NCBI GenBank assembly: GCA_000708835.1
Contig: DF237461.1
Coordinates: forward strand, 2,033-66,032
DNA length: 64,000 nucleotides
From: Klebsormidium nitens
Taxonomy: Eukaryota > Plantae > Klebsormidiophyceae
Reading direction: 5' to 3'
Below are positions 49,966 through 61,400 of the stretch, in pieces. Every line of letters begins with the position of its first letter. Position 1 is the stretch's first letter. Made by a program: the position numbers and the translations under genes. Under the pieces are notes generated by a model. The model was not told where the DNA came from, did no database searches, and saw only the letters and a list, made by a program, of their open reading frames with translations.

Positions 49966-50683
49966 TCAGGGCCCAAAGAGGAAAAGGCGGGGGTGCTCGG
50001 AGGGCGGCAGTCTCCGCGGTTTCGATGGTAAAGTTGAGGGCGGGAGGTCTGTACCGGGCAACTGCCGAGAAACGGGAAGCTGCGCTCACGTCACTGCTGA
50101 AGAGGGGATCCCGGATCGAGTCTCGTCGAACTTACCATCTGGCAATGGTATTTCCATTGTTCTGGTGATGCTCGCGTCGCTAGTTTCTAGCGTTCAATGC
50201 TGTCCAGTCTAGCTTCAATGAGCAAAAGTGCGATCGAAGTGTGAGTATTGAGCGCCCGTGCTACCTCGCTTGCGTTAGGCATCCACTTACTTCAAGCAGG
50301 CTGCCCGCTGGGACAAGCGACCAGGGAAGGGCCCCTTGCACCAAACGGGCGCTGTAAGACAGCTTGCATTTCCACTTTGAAAGAAGCACATGCGAAGGCA
50401 CTGCGTTAAACACAACAAATCATCCGCGGTGGCAACTGATTGAGCACGTGCCTCTTCTATCTTACTTGTTCGTCAAAAAGTGTGGACTAGCTTCTTTGCA
50501 TAGATTATCAATGATTTTTCAGCACATTGCATGCAGAACACAGCTTCCACGTTTCTTCCACGTTTCTTAGCGGACTGAAACGTATTGGTGCTCTTGCTTT
50601 TCTACCGCAGCTTTGGGGCTCCTCAATTGAGCGATTACAACCATATAGAGCGGCTTCTCAGAATATAAGCAGAGTAACTCAAG

Positions 50684-53600
50684 ATGGAAGGGGTGGAGGT
50701 GGTTTCGCGGGACGAAGAAGAGATGCTTGCCAGGAAAATGGAAGAACTGGAGGCACATGAGTGGGTATGTATAATCTCCGCTGTCCTTTGGAGCTGCACA
50801 TTAAGATTGGAAGCAGCAATGACTCTCTGAGCTGGTAGATTGCTGCATTTGTTATGTTTGTTTAATACAAAGTGGTGGTGCCTGAAGGGATCACATTGTC
50901 TTCACTTCCACGTTTCTACAAGCAACGTCATTTGAATGCCATCCCAGAGTCTCTGCCCTGACAGCAATACTCTGTTCTGTGAATCCTTGCTCTCTGGCAA
51001 GGGCGTTGGACAGGTGCCAAATTTCATGCGTCGATGACAGGTTGCATACGTGCATTGGCATGCTTGGTTAATGGCACGGGTTGCTTTCAAGTTCTTGCCT
51101 CTATACCACTGCATATCAGCAGACTAGGGAAGTAGATTGTGACTCGTTTGTCAATATTAGGTCTGTCACAGACAGTCATTGAACTTGGCCCAAGGGTGCT
51201 CCGCCCGCAAAACCTAGCAGAAGGAGCTGAAGTAAGGCAATATAATCCTGTCCCAATCGTGGTTACAGGAACAGTCTGACGAGTCTGAGGAAGAAGCTGC
51301 CGCGCCTCGTTACACCCTCCCCGACAATCGCCCTTCCCCGGTGCTCCGGCCGGATGATTCGGCGGGGCCGTCCTCAGCCCCCCCACAGAAACGAAAGTTT
51401 CAACGACGGAAGCGGAGCGAAGCTAAGGACCGTCCCTATCGACCACGATGCTACTTTGATCTTTCGCTCGACGGGGTTGCCGAGGGGAGGATTGTGGTCC
51501 AGCTGTACTCGGACGTGGTTCCCAAGACTGCGGAGAACTTTCGGGCTCTCTGCACGGGTGAGGCCTCGTTGTGACCTCTCATGTGTCCCCTGGATTGTTG
51601 TCCATGTGACCTGATTCTAATGTTATTGACCCCTGTCTTTGAGTGCATCCATCCCTGCTTGAGAACTTCACCCCTGGTCTTTGGTTACGCATGGCTGAAT
51701 AGCGTGGGATTTCAGGAGATGGGTTTCTGGGTGCCTCCAGTTTTGACTTCCAAGGGAGCGCTTACACCAAGAACAGTATTTTTGACTGTGGCTGGGCAAA
51801 CCCGATTGTGATGCGGGCTTGAGTCCGGGGCTTTTACGTCCTTCAAACCAAGCGTATGAAGCAAGGTCCTTTATTTTGACACGAAGACGAATGATTTGTA
51901 AGGAGGCTTGGATCAACGAATTCCCCAAAGTACCGACCGCGGCCCCGTCTCTCAATGAGCAATCAGGCGGTCACAGAAGAAGCTGCTCGGGTATCCGGAT
52001 CTAATTTGATCCTGCTTCTACTGCAGGCGAAAAGGGCATCGGAGAGAGCGGCAAGCCGCTTTGGTTCAAAGGCAGCACGTTCCATCGAACGATCCCCATG
52101 TTCATGATCCAGGTGCGGCTGTGTTTTGTACAAAATTGAGCAAGACTTTGTCCCTTCTGTACACATTGAATCTCTCATCTAGCGCTGCAATGCATAAATT
52201 GTGCCCAACCAACATTTCCGCGTTTCAACAGCCAAGGCAAACCATTTGGTTGGCATCATTTAGAGCGTCACAAGCTCTCTTGGTGTGAGTGGTTCGACCC
52301 GCATTGCTAGCGCGACGGCACCTGCTGCTCCAATTTCTCCTATTCCTCCGTGTCAAACGTCCTGTCTGCTCACCTTTGAGCGGGAAAATCTGATCTATCG
52401 ACGAAATTTCGCGCCTTCTTTGCAGGGGGGTGATTTCACAAAAGGAGACGGCACCGGGGGCGAGTCAATCTATGGCAGGACTTTCGAGGTGAGCCGCTGA
52501 CGTTTCATTTTCTGTCGGTTTTAGTCCATGCTTGACCCGTCCTCGACCGAACCAGTCATGAGACAGCAACCGAGATTGTTGAATCGAGGAAGTGACGTAT
52601 CCTTCATTACACGCGCCTGTGATCCGCTATCCTCTATTGCATAAATAATTGCTGTTTGATTTGGGGTCAGGACAAGTCCGCGCACAGCTGCGCACCCTGC
52701 GGGCGTTGCATTTACGGCAAGACAACGGAGATACAAACGAGACTCGAATTAGGCAGGCAAAAGCTCCCTTGACTTGAGTGCCCACAACAATACTTTCCGG
52801 TCCAAAGCCATTCAAGCAGTCTCAGCTCTAACAAACGCTGTGCGTTTCTGGTTCCGTTCCGCAGGACGAAAACTTCGCGTACAAGCACACTCGGAAGGGC
52901 TTGCTGTCGATGGCAAACGCGGGGCCCAATACGAACGGCTCCCAGTTCTTCATCACCGTCACCAAGACGCCGCACCTGGACGGGAAGCACGTCGTCTTTG
53001 GCAGAGTGAGGAACATAGTCCAAGATCTCGATGAGATGGTCATATATCATGGCACGTTGGGCGCAGCGTTTCCAAAGATACGAATCATGTCCAGGGACCG
53101 AAACCCACAATCTGGTCATAGTGAATCTCGGACAAACCGCTCACCAGAATTTACTTGTCGATTTTATTGAAGGACCTTGTCTGCGGGGAGTCGGTTCCGC
53201 CAGATGTTTTAGGCAATCTCATGAGGCTCCGCTCTCTGTTCCCGCCATCAGGTGCGAGCTGAAGGGAGCAACCGCTACCTAAGGAGCCGGTTCCAGCTCA
53301 CCGGGAGGATTGTCCCCCTGATTCTAAACAGTGGTCGCTCAGAGTTCTGGGACAGGTTTGACTTGTCCGAGCGCTAGAGAATCGACGAGCTAGACGGCAA
53401 ACCCGAGCTGGTCATGAAAGGGACAACTCATCCAGAAGGAGTCGACGCGTGTTCTCATACGTGCCGCTCTTCTGCAGGTCATCCACGGATATGGCCTGGT
53501 CAAAGTGCTCAGCGACCTCCCGACCGATGGGAAGGCGGACCGGCCCCTGAAAGAGATCCGTATCACCGACTGCGGAGAGTTCCGTCAAGTGAGCAAGAAA

Positions 53601-56600
53601 ATGAGGCCGCCCTTTATATCGATTGGGTGTTGTAAAAGCAGCGATACTAACCCTTTGAATTCATTCAATGAATTCCGAGTCGACCTTGTGAGATTTCTCA
53701 ATTGATAGGAAAGTCTCCGGACGTGTATCAAGGAGGTCAGACAATTAGAGCTTGCGTGCGAGTGGCCGCATAAGTAGCAACCCCCTTTCAAGAAGAAAAT
53801 CACGGTCGGGGTCATACCATACATCAGTTGCCACTCTTTTGCGATGAACTCTGATGGCACCACGGTAGTATCTGTCAATCGGCTCATCCGCAACGCGATT
53901 TCCGCAAATAAATATTGTAAAACGAGTGCCGACTTCTTTTCGGAGAAGAAGAGCTGACGGTCATTAGAATGCTGCTCTTCGTTACTGAACTTCAGAGGTA
54001 CTCCTGAGGTTGTCAATGGAGAGGGCGGGCTGTGAGACAAGTGGACACAGTCTTCGGCTCTTACTGCCAGGGGAAGCCAATGTTGGTCACGGAGCCTGTT
54101 GAGGGAGCTCGACCAGTTTTACGAATGCATGCGCTCGCAGAATGAAAGAAATTAGACCCCAGGAAGAAACGAAGAAAGACGGAAGCAAGTTCTACAGGAT
54201 TGACTCTGTCAAATGCCTCCGATGGTAATCATGGGCCTAACGACTGGGCTTCAAGCTCGCAGGTCCAGTGATAGAAGAATGATCCTAAAAAGGTTCGGGA
54301 TGAAGGAGCGCTTCCTGTCGTTTCCGGTTCAGGGGGATCCGATGGTGGTTACGGGCCTACTGGGCGACGGCGACGAGTTTTACGACTGGCCGGCGGACAT
54401 GTACGACCCGCCCCAGGACGTCGAGTGGTGGCTGGAGGCGCAGGAGGCGATCCGAAGCATCGGCAACGGGTACTTCAAAAAGGGGGAGTTCATGCAGGCG
54501 CACCGCAAGTACCAGAAGGCGCTCAGGTGAGGGACCGGCAAGGGGAACAGGCCGCCCGGCATTGACCCTTTTGAAATTCCGCAAGAGAAGAGAAGGGTGA
54601 TCCGTTCTGCACACTCCGCAAGAAAAGAGAAGGGGTTGCATCCAGAAGAGGAACAGACGGGCGCAACGAATGAGTGAAGCAGTACGGAAGTGGCATGCGG
54701 CGCCGGGAATCACACTGATCGTCCTGGCACTGATCGTCCTGGCCACGTCATACCAGGAAGCTTATGTGATGCGTCAAATCTTTGAAGAAGGAGAAGGCGC
54801 GGGATCGCTCCGCGTCTTCAAACGGGCGCGAGCGGCAAGCGCCTAGCAGCGCTGCACGAAGAGTAGTCGTCAAACGAAGACAGAGTGGCTTTTGGGTCTT
54901 CGGCATCTTACAAGTGATTGCACTGTCTGTCCAGATACTTCGACCAGTCGTGGCGGAAGGACGGCCTGTCCCCTGACGTCAGCATCAAGCTGAAGCAGGC
55001 GCGGTATGCTACCCTGCTCAACCTGGCGGTAAGCCCGCGTGCTTTGCGAACCGACTTCTTATCTGTTTCGGTTTGGCCGAGCTTGTAAACATGATCATCC
55101 CCCCCCAACCTGTAGACTTGTCGCACATCTGCTGGAAGGAGACGAGGAGTCTGCTTTTCGCTGCGCGCTACCATTGCACGTTTTTCAAAAGCAGTGGGAA
55201 TCCCAGCGGTTCTCCTTGCCTCCTCCCGAGGGTTTTCATCGTCGAACCGATTCGGCCGGCAGAAAGCTTGACCGGCTAGCGTTCGACATGTATACAAGTC
55301 CCAGCCTCAAAACCCGGCAATCTAAACACAATGTTTCGTCAAAGCCCGAACAAGCTCATGATTTATTGTCCCGCAACCCCCGGCCGCATTCAGTGCAAAC
55401 TGCGGCGGGCGACTCGCGGAGGCGGCCCGGAAATGTTGACTATCCAACCGCTCGTATTTTCCAAGCCCTCAGAATCCTGCGATTCTGCGGGGAGTTGTGC
55501 GCGCTGCAGCTAAACAACCCCACGGACGCGATCCAAACGACCCATTTTCCCAACCCTACTTTCTGCTCAGTCGCTCGCCGCAGTCGAGCAAGCTGGGCGA
55601 CCCTAAGACGCGGTTGAATCTCAACGCCGTAGCTTCGACTGAAACCCTGTAATTCTGCGTTTGTGCGCGCCCAGTCGTGCAAGGTGCGGCTGGGCAACCA
55701 CGGACGCGATCCGGAGCACTCGAAGATGCAAACGCCCTCAACTCCAAAAATAATCAAACCCTGCGTTTTTGACGCCCGCACTTCTTTTCAAACCCCTGAA
55801 CTCGTGCTATTTCTTGAGCGCAGTCGCGCAAGCTGGGGCTGGGCGACCCCGGACACCATCTGAGCATTCGAAGACGTAGTTACTTAAACCCGGAACTTAG
55901 CGTTCAACCATTCGGACGCGCCTTTTTAACACCCCTTACTTAGAAAATCCCTAAAACCCCGCGTTTTGTGCGCAGTCGTGCAAGCTGCGGCTGGGCGACC
56001 CCGCGGACGCAATACTTCGCGCAGTCGCCGCTCCGCGAACCCCCCTAGCTTCTAAACCCCTAACCTCTGCGCATTCCTAACCCACATTCGCACGCGGAGT
56101 CGTACGAGCTGCGGTTGGGCAACCCCGCAGACGCGGTTTGGAGCATTCAAGCTGCAAACGCCCGTGACTACGAAATCCCTCAAACCCTGCGTTTTTGGCG
56201 CCCGAGATTTCTTCAATGTCCCTAAATCGTTGTGATCGAGCGCGCGCAGTCGTGCAAGCTGCGGCTCGGCGACCCCGCGGACGCGATCCGGAGCACGGAG
56301 TACGTCCTGAGCGAGCAGCCGGACCACGTGAAAGCGCTCTACAAGCGGGGCCAGGCGCGCGCCGCCAACTCGGAGCTGGACGAGGCCCTCCAGGACCTGA
56401 CCAGAGCAGCTGAGCTCGCGCCAGCGGACGGTGAGGCCCTGTTTTGGATGGAGGTGAATGTTGGGGTGGTTGCGCTCTGGTCTAAGCTGGGTCTATGGTT
56501 CAAGTTTCCAGTCCGGAATGTTGCTGCTCCTTGTTTCCGACCGGATTGTTGGCCGATCTGTGTGGAATGGCTATGTTTTATGTATTTTTTCAAAAATTGG

Positions 56601-56997
56601 GTCGTTCTAACTGTTTTCGTCAGAACGATAGTTTCCAGAAAGTTCTGGGACGTGAGCTTTGCATCCGCCCCGGTTCGGCTGATCTTTCTTGCTTTATAAG
56701 GCTGGACGATCTTCTTTCCTTGCTTCCATCTCTTCAACGAAAGTTTTGTCGGAATGTGCAACACATGCCCGATATGGTTCGGAGCTTGGCTGGTGTGCTT
56801 AGCTCTTGTCGCACGTTCTTACAATCGGGATCTAGTGGCTTGGAAGGAAGACCACACTTATGGTGTGCTTTGAAGAGTATGTTACCGGGTTATGTTTGAG
56901 TGCAGTGAGCATCAAGGAGGAGCTCGTCAAGGTGCGAAAAAAGATTCAGCAGCGGAAGGACAGCGAAAAGAAGACGTACGCTCGGATGTTCTCATGA
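50684..56997 (+). CDS. CYP40: Cyclophilin-40 (PPIase plus TPR; SQUINT/PPID-like), about 443 aa
   Basis: Exons 50684-50764, 51269-51557, 52027-52112, 52426-52488, 52865-53005, 53478-53588, 54333-54526, 54935-55028, 56250-56430, 56906-56997; frame-consistent. Motifs [58 protein letters not shown], then TPR repeats (GNGYFKKG...KALRY; KALYKRGQA) and a C-terminal YARMFS*. Confidence 0.93.
54061..54250 (+). repeat. Two ghost copies of the CYP40 exon-7 5' end in intron 6
   Basis: 54071 GGGAAGCCAATGTTGGTCACGGAGCCTGTTGAGGGAGCTCGACCAGTTTTACGA versus exon GGGGATCCGATGGTGGTTACGGGCCTACTGGGCGACGGCGACGAGTTTTACGA; second copy TCCGATGGTAATCATGGGCCTA at 54218. Confidence 0.75.
55391..56249 (+). repeat. CYP40 intron 8: about 7 degenerate tandem copies of acceptor plus exon-9 start
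   Basis: CAG|TCGTGCAAGCTGCGGCTGGGCGACCCCGCGGACGC-like units at about 55391, 55497, 55581, 55672, 55821, 55973 and 56098; the true exon starts at 56250. Confidence 0.9.
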
Positions 56998-58413
56998 CAG
57001 ATTGTCTATAGTACTGGCGCTCTGGAGCGACACTTCACGAAACTTTTTGAAAGTAAATGGTATAGTCGGACAGGCAAACAATCTTGAAGTGCGACACTGC
57101 AAGACATAGAAGCTAAGTGAGATTGTAAACAAATGTCAACATACACATCTGCAACGTCGCGATTGTTGGGTGGACTTAAGAGATGCAGTTGAACTTCTTG
57201 ACAATTTTCTGCTGCCGACCTTTCAAACTTGCTTTGCACGCCTTGAGGCGGCGCGGCTGGAATAAGAGCTAAGGCCGACAACCGAAACAATCCCGTAAAT
57301 ACGCCGGCTGTATGTCCGACTGAGGGCTGTTTGAAGGACCGAGCATTCTTTAAGGGCAAAGCTAGACGGGCGCGCCGTTGCGGCACATGCTTAGTACCTG
57401 TATTTTCGACGTAAAAAGCAATAAACATTCCACTTATGAATGCTAGAGATTGATGGAATTTTACAGGGGGCATTGCATCAGTAGGTTCAACGCTTCACTA
57501 GTCGATCGCAATATGTGGCACACATGACATGCATGTTACAGCTAGCTGCAACACTGGTCTGCCGATAGGAAGCTAGAGCTGAAGCGCAGAATTCATTTAG
57601 CGCGAGCACACTTGCTAATCAGCGAGCGCTGGCATGAATTTACGTGCATGCAGACTGTAGGTGCTGCAGTCGCGGCATGTATATATTCGAAGGAAACGCT
57701 CCCGCGGCAGGTGACACGGCGGCCATCATTACTAAATGTCCGTGTCATTTTCGGATATCCCAATTCGGTGTCCCGCAATCTCGACTTGAACGGCCACCGG
57801 GCGCGACTAGCTTGAACTTGTCTGCCATCAGTAACAGATCCTTATGGATATGCAATGATTTGCCGCAAAGCATCTTAAGTTTTGCCTAGTGCGCGCCTGC
57901 AAATCCAGCTCGAGGCCTCCTAGAGTACGTCCTCCTCAGTTCGGGCTAATTGTGCTACTCTCCTCACGTGCATGTAAATGCGCAAGCAACTGGATTGTCT
58001 TGTGGACGGTGCAAGTCTCCAAGCGACACACAAAATCTACCCCTACAAGTATGTTTCTAATAGGCCAAAGCCCTTCAGGAACTGACCCGGATTTGACGTG
58101 CTAGCTTCGAGCGCTTTGTGGCGAATGCAATCGACAAACAAGCTACTGTCAAAGCTCGGAGCGGCCGATTCGACAGAAAGTCCTAATTTAGATCTCTAGA
58201 GCTCGTCTGATGACAAGCTACCTGTCCTTAGCGGGCAATGCGACCTATACCACCTGATATCGGTGTTTCAACACGGCATCTATTTTGTTGTCGAGACACC
58301 TGCATGCTGTCGAATCTTGCATGCTGTCGAGTCTGTAATCGTGCACCCGACCCTTCATCATTGCCGCGAAAAACCGCACTCAAGCGGGACCGAAACAACA
58401 CACGCGTGAGCTT

Positions 58414-61400
58414 CTACATGCTGGCCGTAAGAGACTGCGACGCAACCAGCCAGGGGATCGGGTCCTTGCTCATATCTCCCGGCAGCGACCCGGACCCCAG
58501 TCCGCTGCCCGCCCTTCCGCCCGTTGTGACGAAGGAACCGGACCCAGTCGACCCGTCGGACAGCGAGATGCTCCCGTCCCACTCGTTTTTCGCCAGCTGG
58601 AGCCCCACTTGCGCCATGTCGGGCCGTGCCGACGGCCGCCTCTGCGTGCACGCGAGCGCTACGCGGATACACAACATCGCCTCCTGTGCATCGAACTCGC
58701 CCCTAAGTGCCGGGTCGAGGAGCTCTAACTCTCTATCCTGTTTGTACAGCTCCGCGGCGACTTCGGACAGGACCTCGACGGACCCGTCCGGGTGGTGTTG
58801 GACGACCATGCGTCCGCTGACGAGCTCGAGCAACAGAATGCCGAAACTGTACACGTCGCACTTGGGCGTCAGGTACTGGGGCCCCCCGTGCAGGTACTCC
58901 GGGGCCATGTACGGGACGGTACCCTTGACCATGGTCGAGGTGTTGGCGCCCGCGTCGAGGACGAGGTGCGCGAGGCCGAAGTCCGCAATGCACGCCTGAA
59001 GAAAAGGGTACTTTCAATCGATGACAACGTTTATTTCCGGTAAGGGTTTCGACAGGGAAAGGTGGGTTACACATGGGGTCTAGGGTGGCCTGGGGTACGG
59101 TGCATGTCATTTCCTGCTCAGAAGCTAGAGAAGGTTGACGAAGGGTCTCCTCTGCGTCATTCCCATCACTGCCTTGTTACAAGTACAGTGTATGATCGTA
59201 CCTGGAGGCCCCCCTCGCGGTCGATCAGCAGGATGTTGGCGCTCTTGATGTCGCGGTGCAGCATCGGCGGGCGGATGTCATTGTGCAGGTACGCGAGCCC
59301 GCGCGCCACGTCGCGCGCGATGCTCAGGCGCTCCGCCCAACTGAGCGGCGGCGCGTCGGGCTTCACCTTGTGCAGGTTTTCTCCCAAACTCCCGAGAGTA
59401 AAATATTCAAAAACGAGCAAACTCTGCCCCTCCTCGGTACAAACCCCCAGGAGCGGTACCAGGTTCCGGTGCCGCACGTTCCCGAGCGCCTCCACCTCCG
59501 CGCGCCACGCGCGGTCCTCAAAGTCGTGCCGCCCGGGGAGCTTCTCCAGGCGCTTCACGGCGACCGTGGTGCCGTCCGGCAGGAGTGCCACGTGGACCAC
59601 TCCGAAGGAGCCACGCCCGATGACGCTCTCCTCGCTGAAGTCGGCCGTCGCGGCACGCAGTGTGGCGAGCGAGTAGGGCCCCCCCGAGGGTGACAGAGGT
59701 CCGGGCCCCCAGGACTTGTAGGATTGAGCCCCGGAGAACGCGGGAGTGGGGTTCTCCTCGTCAAAGCTCTTGGGGATAGCTTTTAGGCGCCTCTGCCAAA
59801 AGCAGAACAGCAGGAGGGACAGCACGCAAACGGCGACGAGGATGCCCCCCCCAACGCCGCCGACTATGGCGGCGATTTCGGTGCGTGAGGGTGAGTTGGA
59901 GGAAGAGGAGGACGCGGAACTCAGTGCTGCTGGGGGCGGGGGAGCCGGCGGGCCTGAATAAAACAAAGACTTTAGAATCAGGATTCAAGCCTGCTAACCA
60001 CTTTAGTTTTGGAGCCTGAAAAGAAATAGAGCAGCCCCAAAGACGGTTTGGTAGGCTCTCCGGGTTGGTGAAACCGAATTTGGCGAAGGAAAGTCGAGAC
60101 GTGGGGCCAGGAGTGGTTTGCACAGACAGGTACAGAAGGATGTGAAGAGAAGGGACTCTCATAGGCTCCTTAGCGGGGATGACTGCGGATCCAACTAATG
60201 TAGATATTTGTGTCACATGGGAAGCGTATGGAGAATCAGAGAAAAGGGCGAAAACGTGCTAGGGAGAGAGTGAATTTGATTCGTCACTACAGACATACAA
60301 TCGGAAGCAGACCGGTGTTGGTCTTGTGCGCTGTGTCCTGTCCATTTTGTTGCAAAAAAAACTCCGCTCTGTCAAGCACTGGTGTCTGCATTTTTTTGGT
60401 GTCTGCATCACTTAGTGGGGTCAGCAGATTGCAGAAATTAGCAGAGAGAGTAAAAACTGCCAAGGGGTGATCTAAAAATCTGCTCGCTCGAGGGTCAGCT
60501 TTTGGCCTTTCGGAAACTAGGCTACTCAAAACTTAGCGGGTAACAAAGGCTCTGGCTCATGGAAGCCCCTACCCTGGAAACGGCATGGGCAAGACTTTAT
60601 TTTCATGTGTCCTGTACTGTAGAGCTGACAAACTCTTGGGGCCGGCTCGAGCAGTCTGCTTGTGATTCTTACCTGGGCAGGTATTGAAGGAGTTCGGGTT
60701 TGGTGGGTCTGCATTGGAAAAGGAAAGGGCACATCAGCATCGAACGACCTAAGAGCACTTGAAGCAGCCACAAGCCCATACTTAAGCAAGAAGGAAAAGA
60801 ACAAGGCCGCTTGTAAACAGATGGCGTGTTTCTTAGGACAGGCAAAGCACGCTAACAGACGAGATCAACTGTCATTGTTGATCACGAGTTTGTCATTCTG
60901 GATCTCCTGGTCTTTGTTGACCAGAGACTTTGAGAGTACTAAAGTTCCATCTACGATTCAAAAAAGGCCCCAAGTGCACATCCTTTCCGGGCACTGGCCT
61001 GCAGGAATGCTCTCCACAGCAATGCCAAGAGCAGAGTCCATGCAGCACACAAAAGCTTTACTCACAATCTACGTTCAATCTCAGATATTCAAACTGTTCG
61101 TTAGGCAAATCATCTTCAAGCAGCGGCATGGAGGCAACAAAGTCAGCTCACCCGTTCCTTGACAAAACGTTACTGAGTCCAAGCATGGTCCGCCATTCCC
61201 CACTTGACTGTCCGATGCAAATCGGATCGTGGTGTTTTTGCCGAAGGCCACAACCGGCTGGCTCTTGAGCTTGTAATTCATGGAGAGAACTGTGCTGTCA
61301 CTGACGTCAAACTTAAACTGCTGGGATTGAATCACAGTGACGACTCCCGGCACGGAAGTGTCCAGGATTGACATGTTGAGTACTTTGATTGGAGGCCCGT

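Noticed and set aside
55391-56249. Repeat-spacer-like periodicity resembling a CRISPR array; AAACCCT telomere-like words in the same region
   Set aside because: Eukaryotic intron, repeats are degenerate copies of the adjacent exon, spacers are mutually similar and there are no cas genes. The AAACCC words are part of the duplicated unit, not a tandem telomere tract.
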